A stretch of DNA of 63,964 nt, counting the filler, from Saprolegnia diclina VS20 (lineage: Eukaryota), in the NCBI RefSeq assembly GCF_000281045.1. It is 6 parts of 2 records of this genome, joined end to end, with 100 filler letters (N's around TTAATTAATTAA, not from the genome) between each part and the next. Parts side by side here need not be neighbours in the genome. Positions count along the whole stretch, not along the records: positions 1 to 22,043 come from NW_008246112.1; 5 more parts are not named here. The stretch is one strand, 5' to 3'. Shown here piece after piece: positions 1-14,499 of this stretch. The position numbers and the translations under genes were made by a program. The notes below the pieces were generated by a model. That model ran no database searches. It saw nothing but the letters and a program-made list of their open reading frames with translations, and had not been told where the DNA came from. Every line of letters begins with the position of its first letter. The first letter of the stretch is position 1.

Positions 1-3000
1 GCCCGAGCGGCAGCGCGTACGTCATACCCAAAGCATTTGTGATGGTAAACCCGTCGCTCCACCCGACCGATTTGTAGTTTTGCCACTGGAGTTGGTACGT
101 GGAAATACCATGCTTTTGCCAATAGTCGACTTCATCGAGGATCGAAGTGTGGACCATTGCTGACGGTACTGTCGTTTGAAACACACCCGACGGCTTGCAC
201 TCCTCTGTCGGGCGGTCCGAGTACAGGAGCCTGCGTACGACCTCGCGCGAGCTATGACTCGGCGAGTGGGGTCCACCACGGGATGGAACTCTCCCTACGC
301 AACTCACTCCCAACGACCCAGCGCTGGTGCCAACTCCCACGCATTCAGGCGTAGCGCTACGTATGCGAAGTCTTTGTGTCATAATGAAGATAACGCGAAA
401 CACGTTCATATATATATATATATACTGTCGTGAGCCACTCTCTCCCTTCGAGCGGCGTTTCCAGGTGCCGTTGAAACCCAATCTCAAACGACGTGCCCCA
501 GCAGCGCATCCAGGCATCCCAGTCGTTGAGATTCCGGAGTCCTGTCTCCAGATACACGGCACCATTCGTTCGCATTGCCCCAGTCTCGCACCGCGCTTGT
601 CGATGCAACGTGGACGCCATGGACCATATACGACGCACGTCCAGCCAGCAGTACTGTGTCGACATCCACGGCAAGCGACATGGATCCATGGCTCGAAGGC
701 TACTGACAATGTCCTCCAAGGCCTGCGACGGTGCGTAGAGCCAACGTCGGGCCGACGTGGGCGGAAACAGGATGCTCGCATCCGGTACGTCGTACGCCTG
801 TGTCGTGTCGGCGTACGTGCCGTCGGCAAGTGCAACCAGACTGTCGTTGGTCGTGTCGAGGATTTGGTTGAGTTGATTGGCCAAAAACGGGTACACGCCC
901 GAGCTGTTGAAGCCCGCCCACATAAAATCGTTGGCTAAGCTCTCTAGCACGATCGAGAGGTACGTGACGTTGCCAAGCAGCGTCAGCACAAGGTACGTCA
1001 AGCCGACGCCAACGCCGAGCCAGTGCCGCACGACCGTCGTGCGCGGCGGGGGCGGTAGCACCCCCATCGACAGCACTTTGGACGATATGTCATCGGGCAC
1101 GGCAAATGGCACTGTTGTCTGCGGCGACGGTAGGTGGTGCCAGAGTTTGCTATTGAACAGATAATGGCGGGTGTGCCACGCGTACTGAAAGAGCCCGCAC
1201 ATGCCCGCTGTGACGGCACTTAGTGGGGCCCCCGAGCACAGCGTACGCGCCGGCAGGCAATGGACGGCGGCGGCCGAGAAATGCAGTGATGGGGGTGCCC
1301 CCCTGGAGTGATGACAGAAAGTACGACAGCCCCCAATGACACCAAGCACAATGCCTGCGTGCACTGCGAGAAGAGCGAGAATGCGGGTTGGAAGCCCTAT
1401 GGCGAGAGTGCCGCTACCGCAGTAGAGCAAGGCATCCATGTCGACTGCATAACACGATCGCGAGATGCTCGCGATCCCACTTGGCGGCCAGTAGTGGTCG
1501 AGAACGAGGACACTGAGCCAAGCAAGGCTGGCACTAACGTGCACAACGTGCGATGGTAGGCGTGGGCACACAGGCTGCAAAAGCTCATGGAATAGGTACG
1601 ATAGCCAAAGCGTCTCGCCCGACAATATACTTGATGCAAGTAGCGACCGGGGAGCTGGCACCAGCTGAAGGAGCGTCGTCTGAACGTTTGCATCCAAAGG
1701 TGCGGTGGCCAAGCAGATGAGCGCCGTGCCGCTGCGCACGAGGAGGAGACTTCGGCCAACCCACACGGGACCAACAATCGGTGAGAAGAGCCACCACCGC
1801 GACGCCAAGTGCGGCCGATGTATCTTGATACACACTAGAAGACATGCGACAAGGACGAGGCCCAGTGACACCAAGGCCGACGCATACCACAGATAGATGG
1901 CCGAGCTGCCCATGCCGTCGCGCTTTGGCAGGTCTTGACTCACCGGCATAGACATGGCCGACAGAAGACGCAGTGTTGCGACGTCACCTTCAAATACGAC
2001 GACTTCTCGTGAGATCGTAGCCCAGTCAACTAAACTGCCAAGCCCAAAGAAAGTCCACGGACCCTCCAGGACGGCGGCGGTGGCCATTTGAATGTCATTT
2101 GGAGTCGATGCGTTGGCGACCATCTGCAGGATGGAGACATCGTCCGCGTCCGACACGACATTGCTCTCAACGCGGATCAGCGCACGCGCCTGCAGACGTG
2201 TATAAAGTAGCTGAACGGCCTGTAAGTGGCGTCGGCAGTCGGCGCGTTGCGGCGGGGGGCACAACAAGCACGCCCCATCCTCCACAGTTCCATTGAGAAC
2301 CGCCATCGCAAAGAGGCTCGAGAGCGGCGCGAGCTGTATCTGTAAGGGTCGTTGCACGTCACAGGCGTCGTCGAAGCGGAAGCTTTCGAGAGCAAACGGC
2401 CCCGGTGATCCGTACAAGCAGAGAGGGCTACCGCTGTAAAACAACAGGTCGGCCCACGTTGTTGGGGTCGGGGTCAGCAGCAGCCGCGGAATCGCTTCGT
2501 AGGCAGCGAGCAATGTCGTATCTTGACTCAGCGCTGCAGCGATGGTCCCAGCGAGACGCTGCACAGCATCGACGAGACGCATCGGCGGTGGCACCCATCG
2601 CTGGTCGACGGACGCCAACGGTCCAAGGTACGTGTGCACGGCCATCTGCAGCGCATTGAGCGGGTACCCGAGTACGTACGCTTCGATTTGATTGGGCATT
2701 GTATGGCCGAAAAACAGGGCCGAGGATCGAACGAGGCTTTGGTTGGTCTGGAGCGCGGCTAAATCGTACCCAAGGACAGATTGCAGGTACGAAGTCGTCC
2801 ACGCACCGCGCGGTATGAACTGGGTAAGCGCCTTGATACTAAACTGCGTTTCGTAGCCGAGTGCGTTGGTGATCGCAATGGCTTCGTCGAGACCGTGGAC
2901 GACCCGGTTCGAGTAGCTCACGTCATAGTAGGCAAGGCCTGCCGTGCGCCAGATCGCTGCTTCGATCGGCATCGATACGACCGAGTGATTGTCCATGGTA

Positions 3001-3629
3001 TTAAGCCATTCGGTGCCACCAGGTAGCGACGCAACGCCATACCCAATCCGCTCCATGGCCAATGCACTGTGCTGCTGGAGCCACGAGGGTAGGTCCACAT
3101 TCCGCAAGGTGGTTTCAAAAACCACCGCGCCGTTGGCTGCATAGAGCGCGCGGCAGCGTCTGTCCCGCGCGGCTGTGTGCGCAAGCGACCATCGCCGCGC
3201 CAAGTCGACAAAGCAATAGGACGTTGGAAGGTACATGACAAGGACGTTCGAGAGACGGCGGAGGCCCGCAATGCCGGCTTCGATCGTTGCTAAATCGGTA
3301 TGCAGCACTAGTCGGGGGTAGATGGCGCAAATGACGTCCTCGGATGTCGTACGACGGACAGCGGCGGTGCTGAGTGAAAACGGTGCTGGGAGCAGCGCCG
3401 AAGTGACACCGAGCTCCATGTTGAAGCGCCAGCCAAGTGCGTGCGTTACGTTGGAATCGGTGTCAAAGTCGGGCCAGAAAAAGCGGTTGGACGTGTATGG
3501 GCCAAAGAGCAAGACACAATAAACACTGAGGACGAGCGAGAAGAGGAGGTACGCGAGACCGAGCCAATCGAGGAGCGACTCGGCACGCGACGGCGGCTGC
3601 ACGATCAAGTGGACACTGGGGGCGCGCAT
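1..3629 (-). pseudogene. Large multi-transmembrane protein of an expanded saprolegnialean family, interrupted by a retro-insertion; 3' part runs off the window
   Basis: ORF 357..3704 (first ATG 3629) has two copies of a YCxxDxxRxWS.A.T..R..RC...NGAV..ET.LRN domain plus TM helices. Reading frame resumes beyond the insertion (EWLTTV|PSAMVHTSILDEVDYWQKHGISTYQLQWQNYK) at 175->1. Confidence 0.75.
176..422 (+). mobile_element. 5'-truncated non-LTR/SINE-like retro-insertion A with (TA)n tail
   Basis: 9-bp direct repeat TACTGTCGT at 167-175 and 423-431; ends in a (TA)n tail; precisely interrupts the host ORF; 3' 58 bp shared with the element at 3765-3955. Confidence 0.8.
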
Positions 3630-3764
3630 AAGCCGAGTGAATATCTGAAACGCCGCGACCGAAACTGGGGCCAAAAAGCAACGCTGCTGTGGACGACCAA
3701 TCAAAACAATGGCTTTTGCAACGCCGACTTGGCGGTCACTCTGGCGTCAGCAAATGAACGTTTA

Positions 3765-3955
3765 TATATGAACATATTTCGCGTTATCTTCATAATTACA
3801 TTAAGACTTCGCATACGTAGAGACTAGCAATCTCCTTCTTCTTCATTCGCTCGCCGGTCCGTGGCTGCGCAGGCGGCGGCGCGGGGGCTCGTCTGGCTCT
3901 TCTGTCGTCGCCCTACGACGCTTGTGGCCGCGGGTGAGGCCCGTGACGACACGGT
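3765..3955 (-). mobile_element. 5'-truncated non-LTR/SINE-like retro-insertion B with short (TA)n tail
   Basis: 13-bp direct repeat AAATGAACGTTTA at 3752-3764 and 3956-3968; 3763-3820 is the reverse complement of 357-414 with 6 mismatches in 58 bp. Confidence 0.8.
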
Positions 3956-4909
3956 AAATGAACGTTTAGGTGCCTTATCAGAAGTGGCAAAGAGCTATAT
4001 ATTTGTCGCCAACAGCAACGTGCAGGTCAAATGACCAGAGACGAATTTCTATATGAGCAATCTCGACGAGCGGCTTTCGACAGATGGGCAAAGGTGCCCA
4101 AAAAGGTGGGACGACAAAGGCAGGCGTGTACGATTCCCCTACGCACCCAACGTCGCCCTGGTGCATGTGCACTCGCATTTCCGCGTGGGCCTTGCGACTA
4201 TGGTGACCCTACCCCTACCCTAGCCCTAGCATATTGCAATCTCACTCAGCGCCTTGAAAGTGTAAGGAAAGCACCTTCAGAAGCTCACGCGTCGATGACA
4301 AGCCTTCGTCACATTTCGTTCGAGTGGTTTTGTCCAGCCCCTTTCATTGGCTATTTCCCTCTGAGGCTAGGGGCGTTTTCCCGTCACTCGGAGGTTTTGC
4401 CCCCCTCTCTCGTCGTTTGTATGTCCCATAATGTCCTGAATACATTCCGGGCCATTGGTCGTGGAGACGTCACGGTCTCTCACTTCTGTTTCGGTTCTGT
4501 TCTGGCGTGCTTCCCGCTTGCCTCCTCTTCTTCATTTTCGTAGCTTCGCTCCTCAGCTTTGTGCTTGGCTGCCCACGTGCCAGCTTGACAGAAAGCACAA
4601 GTAGACTCTCTAAGAGGGACACTCTGCTGGTTACAATGTTGAAGTTAATGCATTGCATTTTTCCACTACAGAGTCTCAGGGGGTGACAATATGGCAGCAA
4701 AATTGCTTTTATAGACAGAGTCTACTCTTTTTGGGATGTCGCTTTTCCAAAATCGCAAAGCACAACCACGCATTTCTACAGCCCACATACGGTGCAGATC
4801 GGGCTGGAACCGCCTCATATCATTGTCGAATCCCGGTTTGTACCAGAAGACTGAAATGTCGTCTTTCATAGTAGTGTAGTGTTTTGTATTCGATTAAATA
4901 CGTTGTAAA

Positions 4910-6279
4910 TCACATGTACGACTGTAGACGCGCCTTGTGGTCATTAAACCATGTTTGCGCCGTCGCTTCCGTCGTAAACTTGTCGCGGTCAAAGAGGACC
5001 GCGATCAACTGCTCTTCGTGCGTGTCGTCGCGCCGGCCCATCTGCAAGCACACGCCATCGACGCGCGCGTACTTGTCTTTTTTGCGGTAAATGGACGTTA
5101 AATCAAACAACGCTGGGTCCTGGAGCTGAAACCGGCCTTTGACGTCGCTCGACTCGGCGTCAAACTGTGACACGCGAACGTCGACATTGCTCTTGGGCGC
5201 GTCTTTGACAACGCCAATCGACGGTGCGAGTGTCGTTTTGTTGATCGTGTCGAGGGCGGCGGCCACATAGGCAATCGTGGCGTCCGTGCGCTCGGTCACC
5301 GCCGCGACGTCCAGCTTGGTACTGGTTGTGGCTGTCGTGGCTCCTGTCTTTACCAGCATCGACGTCGACGCGGCAAGCTCCGACTTGACCGAGTCCAAGA
5401 GCGATTTAGACGTGGCCGACTTGGCACCTGGTTTGAGCAACACGATCGACTTGTCTTTGGAGAGCGCCGAGGATTTTCTGGCGCGCCCGGCCGACTTGGC
5501 GCGCTGGAGTTTCCGAGGCGAGTTGGCGCCGTCCGTGTCCGGTGCTTTTGGTTTCTTGACCAAGCTCGGCTGAAACGTGAGCTCTTTCTCGGCTTCGTCC
5601 AATTGGCGCTGCTTCTCGGCGGCTGCCTTTTCCGCTTTTTTGCGCAGCCACTCTTCTTGGCGCTCCATCATGGACATTTGCGCTATCGACTTTCGGGGTG
5701 CGTCGGCCTTGTCGGTTTGATTGGTTGCAGGTGCGAGGACGGACACGTCGTCCTTGGCGGGTTCGTGCAACGACTTGGCTTTGGTCGGATGCAGCTTGCC
5801 ACGAAAGGGACTCGCTGGGTGCAGTGGCACGACGCCGTCGATCGGCGCCGGCTCGTCCGTAGTCGTATCGCTCAGCGGCGACGATGTATGGCTAGCTTGC
5901 TCGTCTTCATCCTCGTCATCGACGACCACAGTGGCCATCGGCAGCTCGGGGCTGGTCTCGAATGTGGCAAATTTCTCACAGACGCCCGGAATCCCTTGCA
6001 GCTCCGTGACTACGTTAACGTTAAGAACTTATGGTTCCGAAGAAGCGTGTACCAATGTGGTTCCACGCCTTGACGCGAACATGAATGTACTTGTCGCCGC
6101 GCGTGAGCTGCTGCGTAATGGTCTATGCACATGCGGTGAACGAGGATCCATCGAGATCTTATTGGTACCTCGATGGTCCCGTCGTCCGGAAGACCGATGC
6201 GCAAGGGGTTGGCGCGCAACCACTCTTGCACGACGCGCGCACGGGCTTCCCACCAGTGCACATCGTCCGGCGGCTCCAT
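4910..6279 (-). CDS. Hypothetical protein (3 exons), charged/coiled-coil middle region
   Basis: MEPPDDVHWW exon joined through two short GT-AG introns to the 342-aa ORF 4910..5938. Confidence 0.7.
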
Positions 6280-6994
6280 GACCGGAACAAAGTCCGCCTA
6301 TACATTTACACTGTGATCTTCGGCGTGTCTTATAGCGCGAAACCATTTGCTGGACGATGACCGCCTTCCGCCGATGCGCCGTGAGCATCACCGAAAGCCG
6401 AAATCGGTTATCGAAGGCGAAACCGAAGCCCTTACAAACATCAAGTCTATTTGCTAGCCAATCACGGACCTTCTTGGAACCAAACTGCACCAATCACCGT
6501 CCGGTATTATCCTAATCGTGAAGTTTGATGGCCTTCGCATCTCGTTCCACNNNNNNNNNNNNNNNNNNNNNNNNNNNNNNNNNNNNNNNNNNNNNNNNNN
6601 NNNNNNNNNNNNNNNNNNNNNNNNNNNNNNNNNNNNNNNNNNNNNNNNNNNNNNNNNNNNNNNNNNNNNNNAGTACAAAGCTCCAACCTGATTCAAGAGT
6701 GGATTGTGAAGAGCATTCTCGCCCCAAACTGCACTTGTCGCGGGCCAACAGCGTCGGTCCACGGCCCTCTATACCTCGCGACCCAATCAGCACGCGCGAA
6801 TTCGCATCGGCTGGCCCTTTGAAAATTCCAACCGCGTTTCGCAGTCAAGATGGTCGTCGCACCAGCTGCTAGTTGGTACACTTTGCACTTGTCCTTGACA
6901 GGCTGCGTTCGAGCTAGAGGTCGATCACATAGCATGTATTCTACACCAGCCATGTCCATTGACGACGCCGGCGACCACATTTGCTTTCAACGTC

Positions 6995-8215
6995 ATGCGG
7001 GGGCTCGATACGCTCGCTCTCCTCGCGGCCACCGCTGCTCTTGCCGCCGCCGGTACACCTCTCACCCCTCGAACCCCGCCACACCAACGGATAGTGTACT
7101 AACAACGACCGATGCTAGAGACGAGCTGCGGCGCCGGATGGGCGACCCAATCGAGCACCGGCTTGGCCTGCGGCATGCAGATTGCCCTTGTGACGGCCCC
7201 GATCGTCAACGCGGCCGCGGGCACCGAAACCGTAACTTTTACGGTCCACAGTACGTACGGCGACCCCATCAGCGGCACCGGGTCTGTCGCTGTCTGCTCG
7301 TTTGCGACAACGTCGTGCGCGCTCGGCGCCGCGTCGACCTTTGTGCCGGCGACGGCGACCGTCATTGACGCGACCCACTCCTCGTTCACTGCGACCGTGC
7401 CTCTAAAGACGGCAGGCGCCTACTATCTTGCGCCCATGTACACCTCGGGGAGCGGCCAAGTGTTTTCCACGGGCGTCAACGCCACGATCAAGGCAGACGC
7501 GACGACGACACCGTCCAAAACAACGGCGCAGACGCCATCGACAACGACACCGGTGTCGACGACGCCGGGGGCCACCACGCCATCGGCCTCGACAACCGCG
7601 CCGCCGACCGACGCGCCAGCGTCCTCGAGCTCGGGCATCTCGTCGACGACGATCCTCATCATTGGCATTGGCATTTCGCTCGTCTTTCTCATCTTGCTCG
7701 TGGTTGTCTACTTCAAGGTCAAGAAGCGCACGAACGACATCAACTCGCGCTCGGGCTTGACCGACGCGCCGCCGTCCTCGCAGGGCGGCGAGATGGAGAT
7801 GACGTCGGTTGCGATTGCATCCACCGCCAACAAGATCACGGTCGACCCACTTTCGCGGCGCGCGATGATCAACCCGTCGACGTTCTCGAACCGTGCGTCG
7901 CTCGATGCGACAGCGGCGCCGGCCACTGACGACTTTAGCTACCAGCGCTACGCCGGCACGACGCCGACGACCGCGGGCGCCAAGGAGGGAGCCAGTCTTT
8001 TCAACCGACCAAGTCTCGCGGTGCAGCAGCGTACACGGGCGCAGCCGCCGCGGACACCGACGACGGGCACACCGACGTCGTTCTTGGCGCCACGACAACT
8101 GCCAAGTACAACGACGACGACAACAACCCATAACCCGTACAAGAACAATGTGGTGCCACCGGCGCGCCCGACCGGCGCCTACGAGGACGACGAACAATCG
8201 AGCTACATATTTTAA
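6995..8215 (+). CDS. Type I membrane protein: signal peptide, S/T/P-rich stalk, one TM helix, disordered tail
   Basis: MRGLDTLALLAATAALAAA signal exon, intron, then ORF 7112..8215 with TM ILIIGIGISLVFLILLVVVYF followed by KVKKR. Confidence 0.75.
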
Positions 8216-8408
8216 TATCATGTTGTGCTTTTACCAGACAATTTTGTATGATCTCCGATCTAGGATAGGACATTCTGTACATTCGATCGAACAACCACGA
8301 CTCTGATTGACTGGCTTGTTTTAAACAGCTGTTTTAAACCGCGGATCCAACGTCGCCGGCGTTTGATTGGTCCAAACGATTGGCATCGATCCTGCCCACT
8401 GGCGCAGC

Positions 8409-9961
8409 ATGGTCAAGACAAGGGCGACGACGAGGGCCAAAGCCAAGCGCGCCTGGCGAGCCGCCGCCGCCGTGATCGACCTGGATGGCGCCGTCATCGC
8501 GATCGTCCAGTGCTTGGACCGCGCAGACGACGTCGTCGCCTTGCTCGAAGCGCTGCCACACGCCTCGCTTGGCACGCCCTTGACCGCGCTCCTCGACCTG
8601 CTCCAAGAGCCGGGCCCGTTGGCGCACACATGGCCCGAGCTCCTTCTGGACAACGTCAGCTTTCGGTATCCGTCGTTTGTCGAGCATATTCTGCAGGCGA
8701 TGCCAGTGCTTCTGAGCGTCCGCACCGCGCACCGCAACTTGTTCGGGTGTCTTCTGCAGCCGACCGACTCGAACGTCGATGCACCGGACGGGTTCCTCGA
8801 GTTTGTTGCGACGTACCCGCGCACGGTGACGCATGTCGACGCCGCGTGGCAAGAGGATGACATTGACTGCTCGGTCTTTTGCGACGCGCTGCGTCGCTGC
8901 ACGCGCTTGACGACCGTTCATGTGGTCGCGAATGCGCATGCGGCGGCGGTGCTGGCTGCCGTCACGACGCCAGCCCACCGCGTCACGGCTTTGTACATCA
9001 CGAAGCCGTCGTCAGGTGTCATGGAGGCACTGGACTGGACGTCGCTTCTGCGGCCATGGCTCGCGAGCGGGCACGCGCGCCACGTGACCTTCTTCAGCAT
9101 CCCAATCGTTGACGTCGACAACCTCGCGCATGCGCTCTTGCGCACCCCGTCGGTGCGCAGCCTCGGCGTCCACTACAACGACGCGCTGCTTCGCAGTCTT
9201 CTTGCTCGTAATGTGTTACTGCCTCCGTTTGAAAAAGTCAGCGTCGCCACGGACGAGCCGCCGCTTCTTCCTCGACTCCTCAAACGGTTGAGCCCCAAAA
9301 CGCTGACCTCGCTCTCACTCGAGGGCCATGTCGATCACTCGGAGACGCTGGCGTACTTACCGTCCATGCCGTGTCTCAACCACCTCTCGCTCACACGTGG
9401 TGATCTTGGCGACCTCGACGGCATCTCGGCACTCGACGGCATCTTGGCGTGGTCACGCCTCCAACGTCTCGCGATTAGCTGCGTGTACTTGACGCCAACG
9501 ACACTCGAAGCGGTCTTATCGTACTTGGACGGCGTCGACAGCCTCCAACAGTTGATCTTAGATGTGGCGGAAATGGACGCCATGTACTTTGTGTCGGTGG
9601 CGCAAACCCTTGGCCGCTTGATGGAGCGCGGCCTCCAGTCGGCGTCACTTGGGAACGCCACCAACCTCGACGACAGCAGCGCCGCGTTGCTGGCGCTAGC
9701 GCTGCGGCACGACACCGGTTGTCGTCGCCACTGATGCTGGACGTGGGCGAGCACAGCTTTAGCATCGACGGGATTCGCATGATCCTCGACGCCCTCGCCA
9801 AGTGCAAATGTGTGTGCGTCAAGATGGTGCCGGTCGACGGCACCGAGCTCGAGCCGTACCACGACGAGATCTACGCGTTCGCATCGGCCCACCACATGAT
9901 ATGCGACTTGACGTACCCGCCGTTCATGCTCTGTAGTCCTACCAACGTTATCTATGAATAG
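8409..9961 (+). CDS. RNI-like leucine-rich-repeat family protein with apparent frameshift near 9715-9735
   Basis: LxxLxL repeats (LTSLSL, LNHLSL, LQRLAI, LQQLIL); C-terminus (LMLDVGEHSFSIDGIRMILDAL) continues in another frame, 9719..9961. Confidence 0.7.
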
Positions 9962-10682
9962 TGTTAAAAGACATTATTTGTCATGTATTCTCGGCCAAGT
10001 CTTGACTGCGCGGTCGCAAAAGCACGTGGCGTGTGATGATTCGTCTCTGATTGGGCAAATCACCGACCAACGCCGCAAGCGTTCCTTCGTGCGCCGACCC
10101 AATGTCGAGCGCTGGGCTTCGTGCATGCGAGAGGAAGACCTTGGCGCGTAGCTGTGCATCGTACTGTGCTGCAGCGCGTATTTGGACTGGTCAACCGTTG
10201 GAGATGCCACGTACACCGGACTCTTAATGTGAGCCAAGGATCTGAGATGATGCATCTTTTGGGTCGCTCGCGCATGCATGGTCTGTGGCCTTGACGTATC
10301 GTATGTTGGGTTTTCGAGCGCGTTGTCTGGCGCGGCGCCCTTGTCAACAGCGTCGTCAAGGATGCCACAGATACCGATAGTCGGCAGCGTATCGCTGCCT
10401 GTCTGCCCGTCTGCAAGGTCGTCGTCGTCGGCGTCGACGCATACTAGTACAACGAACCGATCCATGTGGCCGGGTGGAGATGGGCGCAGACGTGCCCTTC
10501 GTGTCGCCATCTCCTGGATCGGACTCAGCGCCGGACCGCTGGCATCGTGCTCGTGGCAGCCTGCAGCGTCTGCCGTTACGACGCAAACTATTTGACCAAT
10601 GGCATCGCTGCAAAAGTCGGTCTTTTGGCCAATCAAAAGTGGCCCTTTCACATCCGACGCCACTTGGCAGGCGGCGACGACG

Positions 10683-12409
10683 ATGGGACTCGAGACGCTT
10701 CACGACGACTTTTTGGCGCAGATCTGCGCTGCGTGCGCCGTGGCCGACCTTGGCGCGCTCGTTGCCGTGAGCAAGAGCTACGAGCGGCTCTTCCGCCCGT
10801 ACTTTATCGACGCGTGCAAGCGCTACTGCTTCCTCGACTACCTCACGCCGTCGATCGGCGCGTACCGCATGGCCTCGCCTGTGCCTCGCGTAGGACGCTA
10901 CATGCTTTGCAGGACGCACTGACGCGCCAATGTAGACGTGGCCAGCGCTCTACAAGGCGTTTACGTCGTCGCGCCACATGTCGTGGTCGGCGTGCGCGTC
11001 CGAGGTCAGCTCCGGCCTGCGCAAGCTCAAGGTCGACCCGACCGAGTACGCTGTCGACGGCGCCTTCCTGCTTCGGTACAGTCGCGCGTCTCTGCATCGC
11101 CCTCTTCAGCGACGCTATGGGTGTTCTAGGTGCGGCGGTCACTACCTCTTCAGTTTGTGGCAGATCCCTTTCGCATCCATTCACATCACATCCTCGAACG
11201 ACGACGACCCTCGCTTTGGGACACTGGACATGGCCAAGTGGGAGAGGCTCCGACCGGTCGGCGCCGGCCCATGCCCCCGACGCAACCACACCATCACGGC
11301 GCTACCACCCCTCTTTGTCGAACGTACGCTCGTCTTTGGCGGCGACGACGACAATGAGTTTGCAAACCAGCACTGGCGTCGCCTCCTCATCTTTGGGGGC
11401 CAAGCCGAGACGTACCCGTTCCAGTCCTTTAACGACCTCTACCTCTGCTGCCAAACCCGCGAGTAGACTCTCTTCTCAACATTCGAAAACAATCATGTTG
11501 TCATCTAGTCGGGCGACCGGCAAGACCAAGGCGTACTGGGTCGAGCCCGAGACGACGGGACTTCCGCCGTCGCCGCGCTCGAGCCACGTGGCCACGGTGC
11601 TCGACCCGCTGACTGTGCTCTTCTCGGGCGGCAGCAGCGGCACGACCGCGATCCCATCGCTGGAAATTTTTCTTTTGCATCAAATTCCGCACGACTACGG
11701 CGGTATCTTTGTCGTTCATCAATCTGAATCTGAATCTTAAATCGTCCGTCTAGACACGGGGCTGGGTGCGTTTCGGTGGTCGCGGCCCACAGCCGAGATG
11801 GTGTCGCCCATGGGTCGCACGCTGCATGCGGTTTTGCAACCCAACCGCGCCAAGCGCGAATTCGTCATCTTTGGCGGCAAGCAGGTTCGAAGCTGGGACC
11901 AATGCGATAGTTTGTCATAGACAATGTAGATCCGCGAATCCAACGGCTTGTTCGACTGCCACTGCCTCACGTTTCTCGATGCGGACTTGACCGAGATGGC
12001 GTGGTCGGTGCCCGCGCTGAGCGGCCATCGACCGTCGGACCGTCGCGGCCACAGCACGACGTTGATCGGCCATCGGCATTTGCTGGTCTTTGGCGGCCAA
12101 GACAGCTCATCTCACGAGCTTGACAATACCACGTACGAGCTCGACGCAAAGCAGCTGCGCTGGTTTACACCAACGATATACGGGCAGCCACCGAGCCCGC
12201 GCCGGGGGCACAAGATGCAGTACTTTGGCTCGCGCATGATTGTGCAGAGCGGCTTCACCTGGAACGAGCGCCATAGCGTCGCCAATACCAAGCTGCCCGA
12301 GACCGACGCCCACGTCCTGTCCTTTTTGCCATTCGTCGAGGATACGCCTACGAACGTCGCTGCTTCGGCCCTGCAAGCGAACGTCGACGAAGAGGTCGGA
12401 GACTACTAG
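10683..12409 (+). CDS. F-box-like / Kelch-repeat protein (multi-exon)
   Basis: N-terminal LETLHDDFLAQICAACAVADLGALVAVSK (F-box-like); Kelch blades PCPRRNHT..LVFGG, PSPRSSH..LFSGG, PSDRRGHST..LLVFGG, PSPRRGH. Confidence 0.75.
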
Positions 12410-12793
12410 TCTCGACAAGTCGATGCCACAACACTGATAGAGCACGTTCATAATGAGAAAGAAGGCGAGCACGAGCTCGAGTACCTAATTGCGCTTTGCG
12501 AGCGGGTTTTGTCTATGTAGTGGAGCTGCTTGCTCTTTGCTTCTTCGCCCGTCGGCGTCGAGGCCTCCGACATCGACATCCTCTTCGACTACCTCAAGCC
12601 CGACAATACGGTCGACGTTGACTTGGACTGTATCGCGCCGGTCGCCAAAACCACCGCCAAGGCTGCCACGTCGACGTCGACGCTGCTCATGAACCCGGCA
12701 ACCGCGCTCTTTCTGCAGAAGCCGGGCAGAAGCCGCGTATGCATGCGATGGTCGATGGCTATTCCACGGGTCGAAGTAGAGCGACGATACTAG

Positions 12794-14344
<1,551 letters not shown>

Positions 14345-14499
14345 ACCTCAATATCTCTCTGGAGCCTAGTACCGTCCTCTTTGTGCTAGCTAGTACTCGT
14401 ACTAGCCTCGTAATCACACCAATATTGTCTTATGCGACCAAATGTATACACAGCGCATCATCGAGTCGTTAATAAGTAAGAGACAACACATATTACGCC

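Noticed and set aside
357..3820. 58-bp inverted repeats flanking the 3.3-kb ORF read as TIRs of a gene-capturing DNA transposon
   Set aside because: Each repeat belongs to its own TSD-bounded insertion with the TA tail facing inward, and the host ORF continues outside the left repeat.
4206..4230. Telomere-like CCCTA repeats (also GGGTTTAGGTTTAG near 37865)
   Set aside because: Too short and degenerate to support an interstitial telomere.
7403..8221. Long antisense/alternate-frame ORFs (also 22299-23453, 27322-28245, 53211-54095)
   Set aside because: Shadow ORFs caused by GC-rich codon bias of the true genes on the opposite strand.
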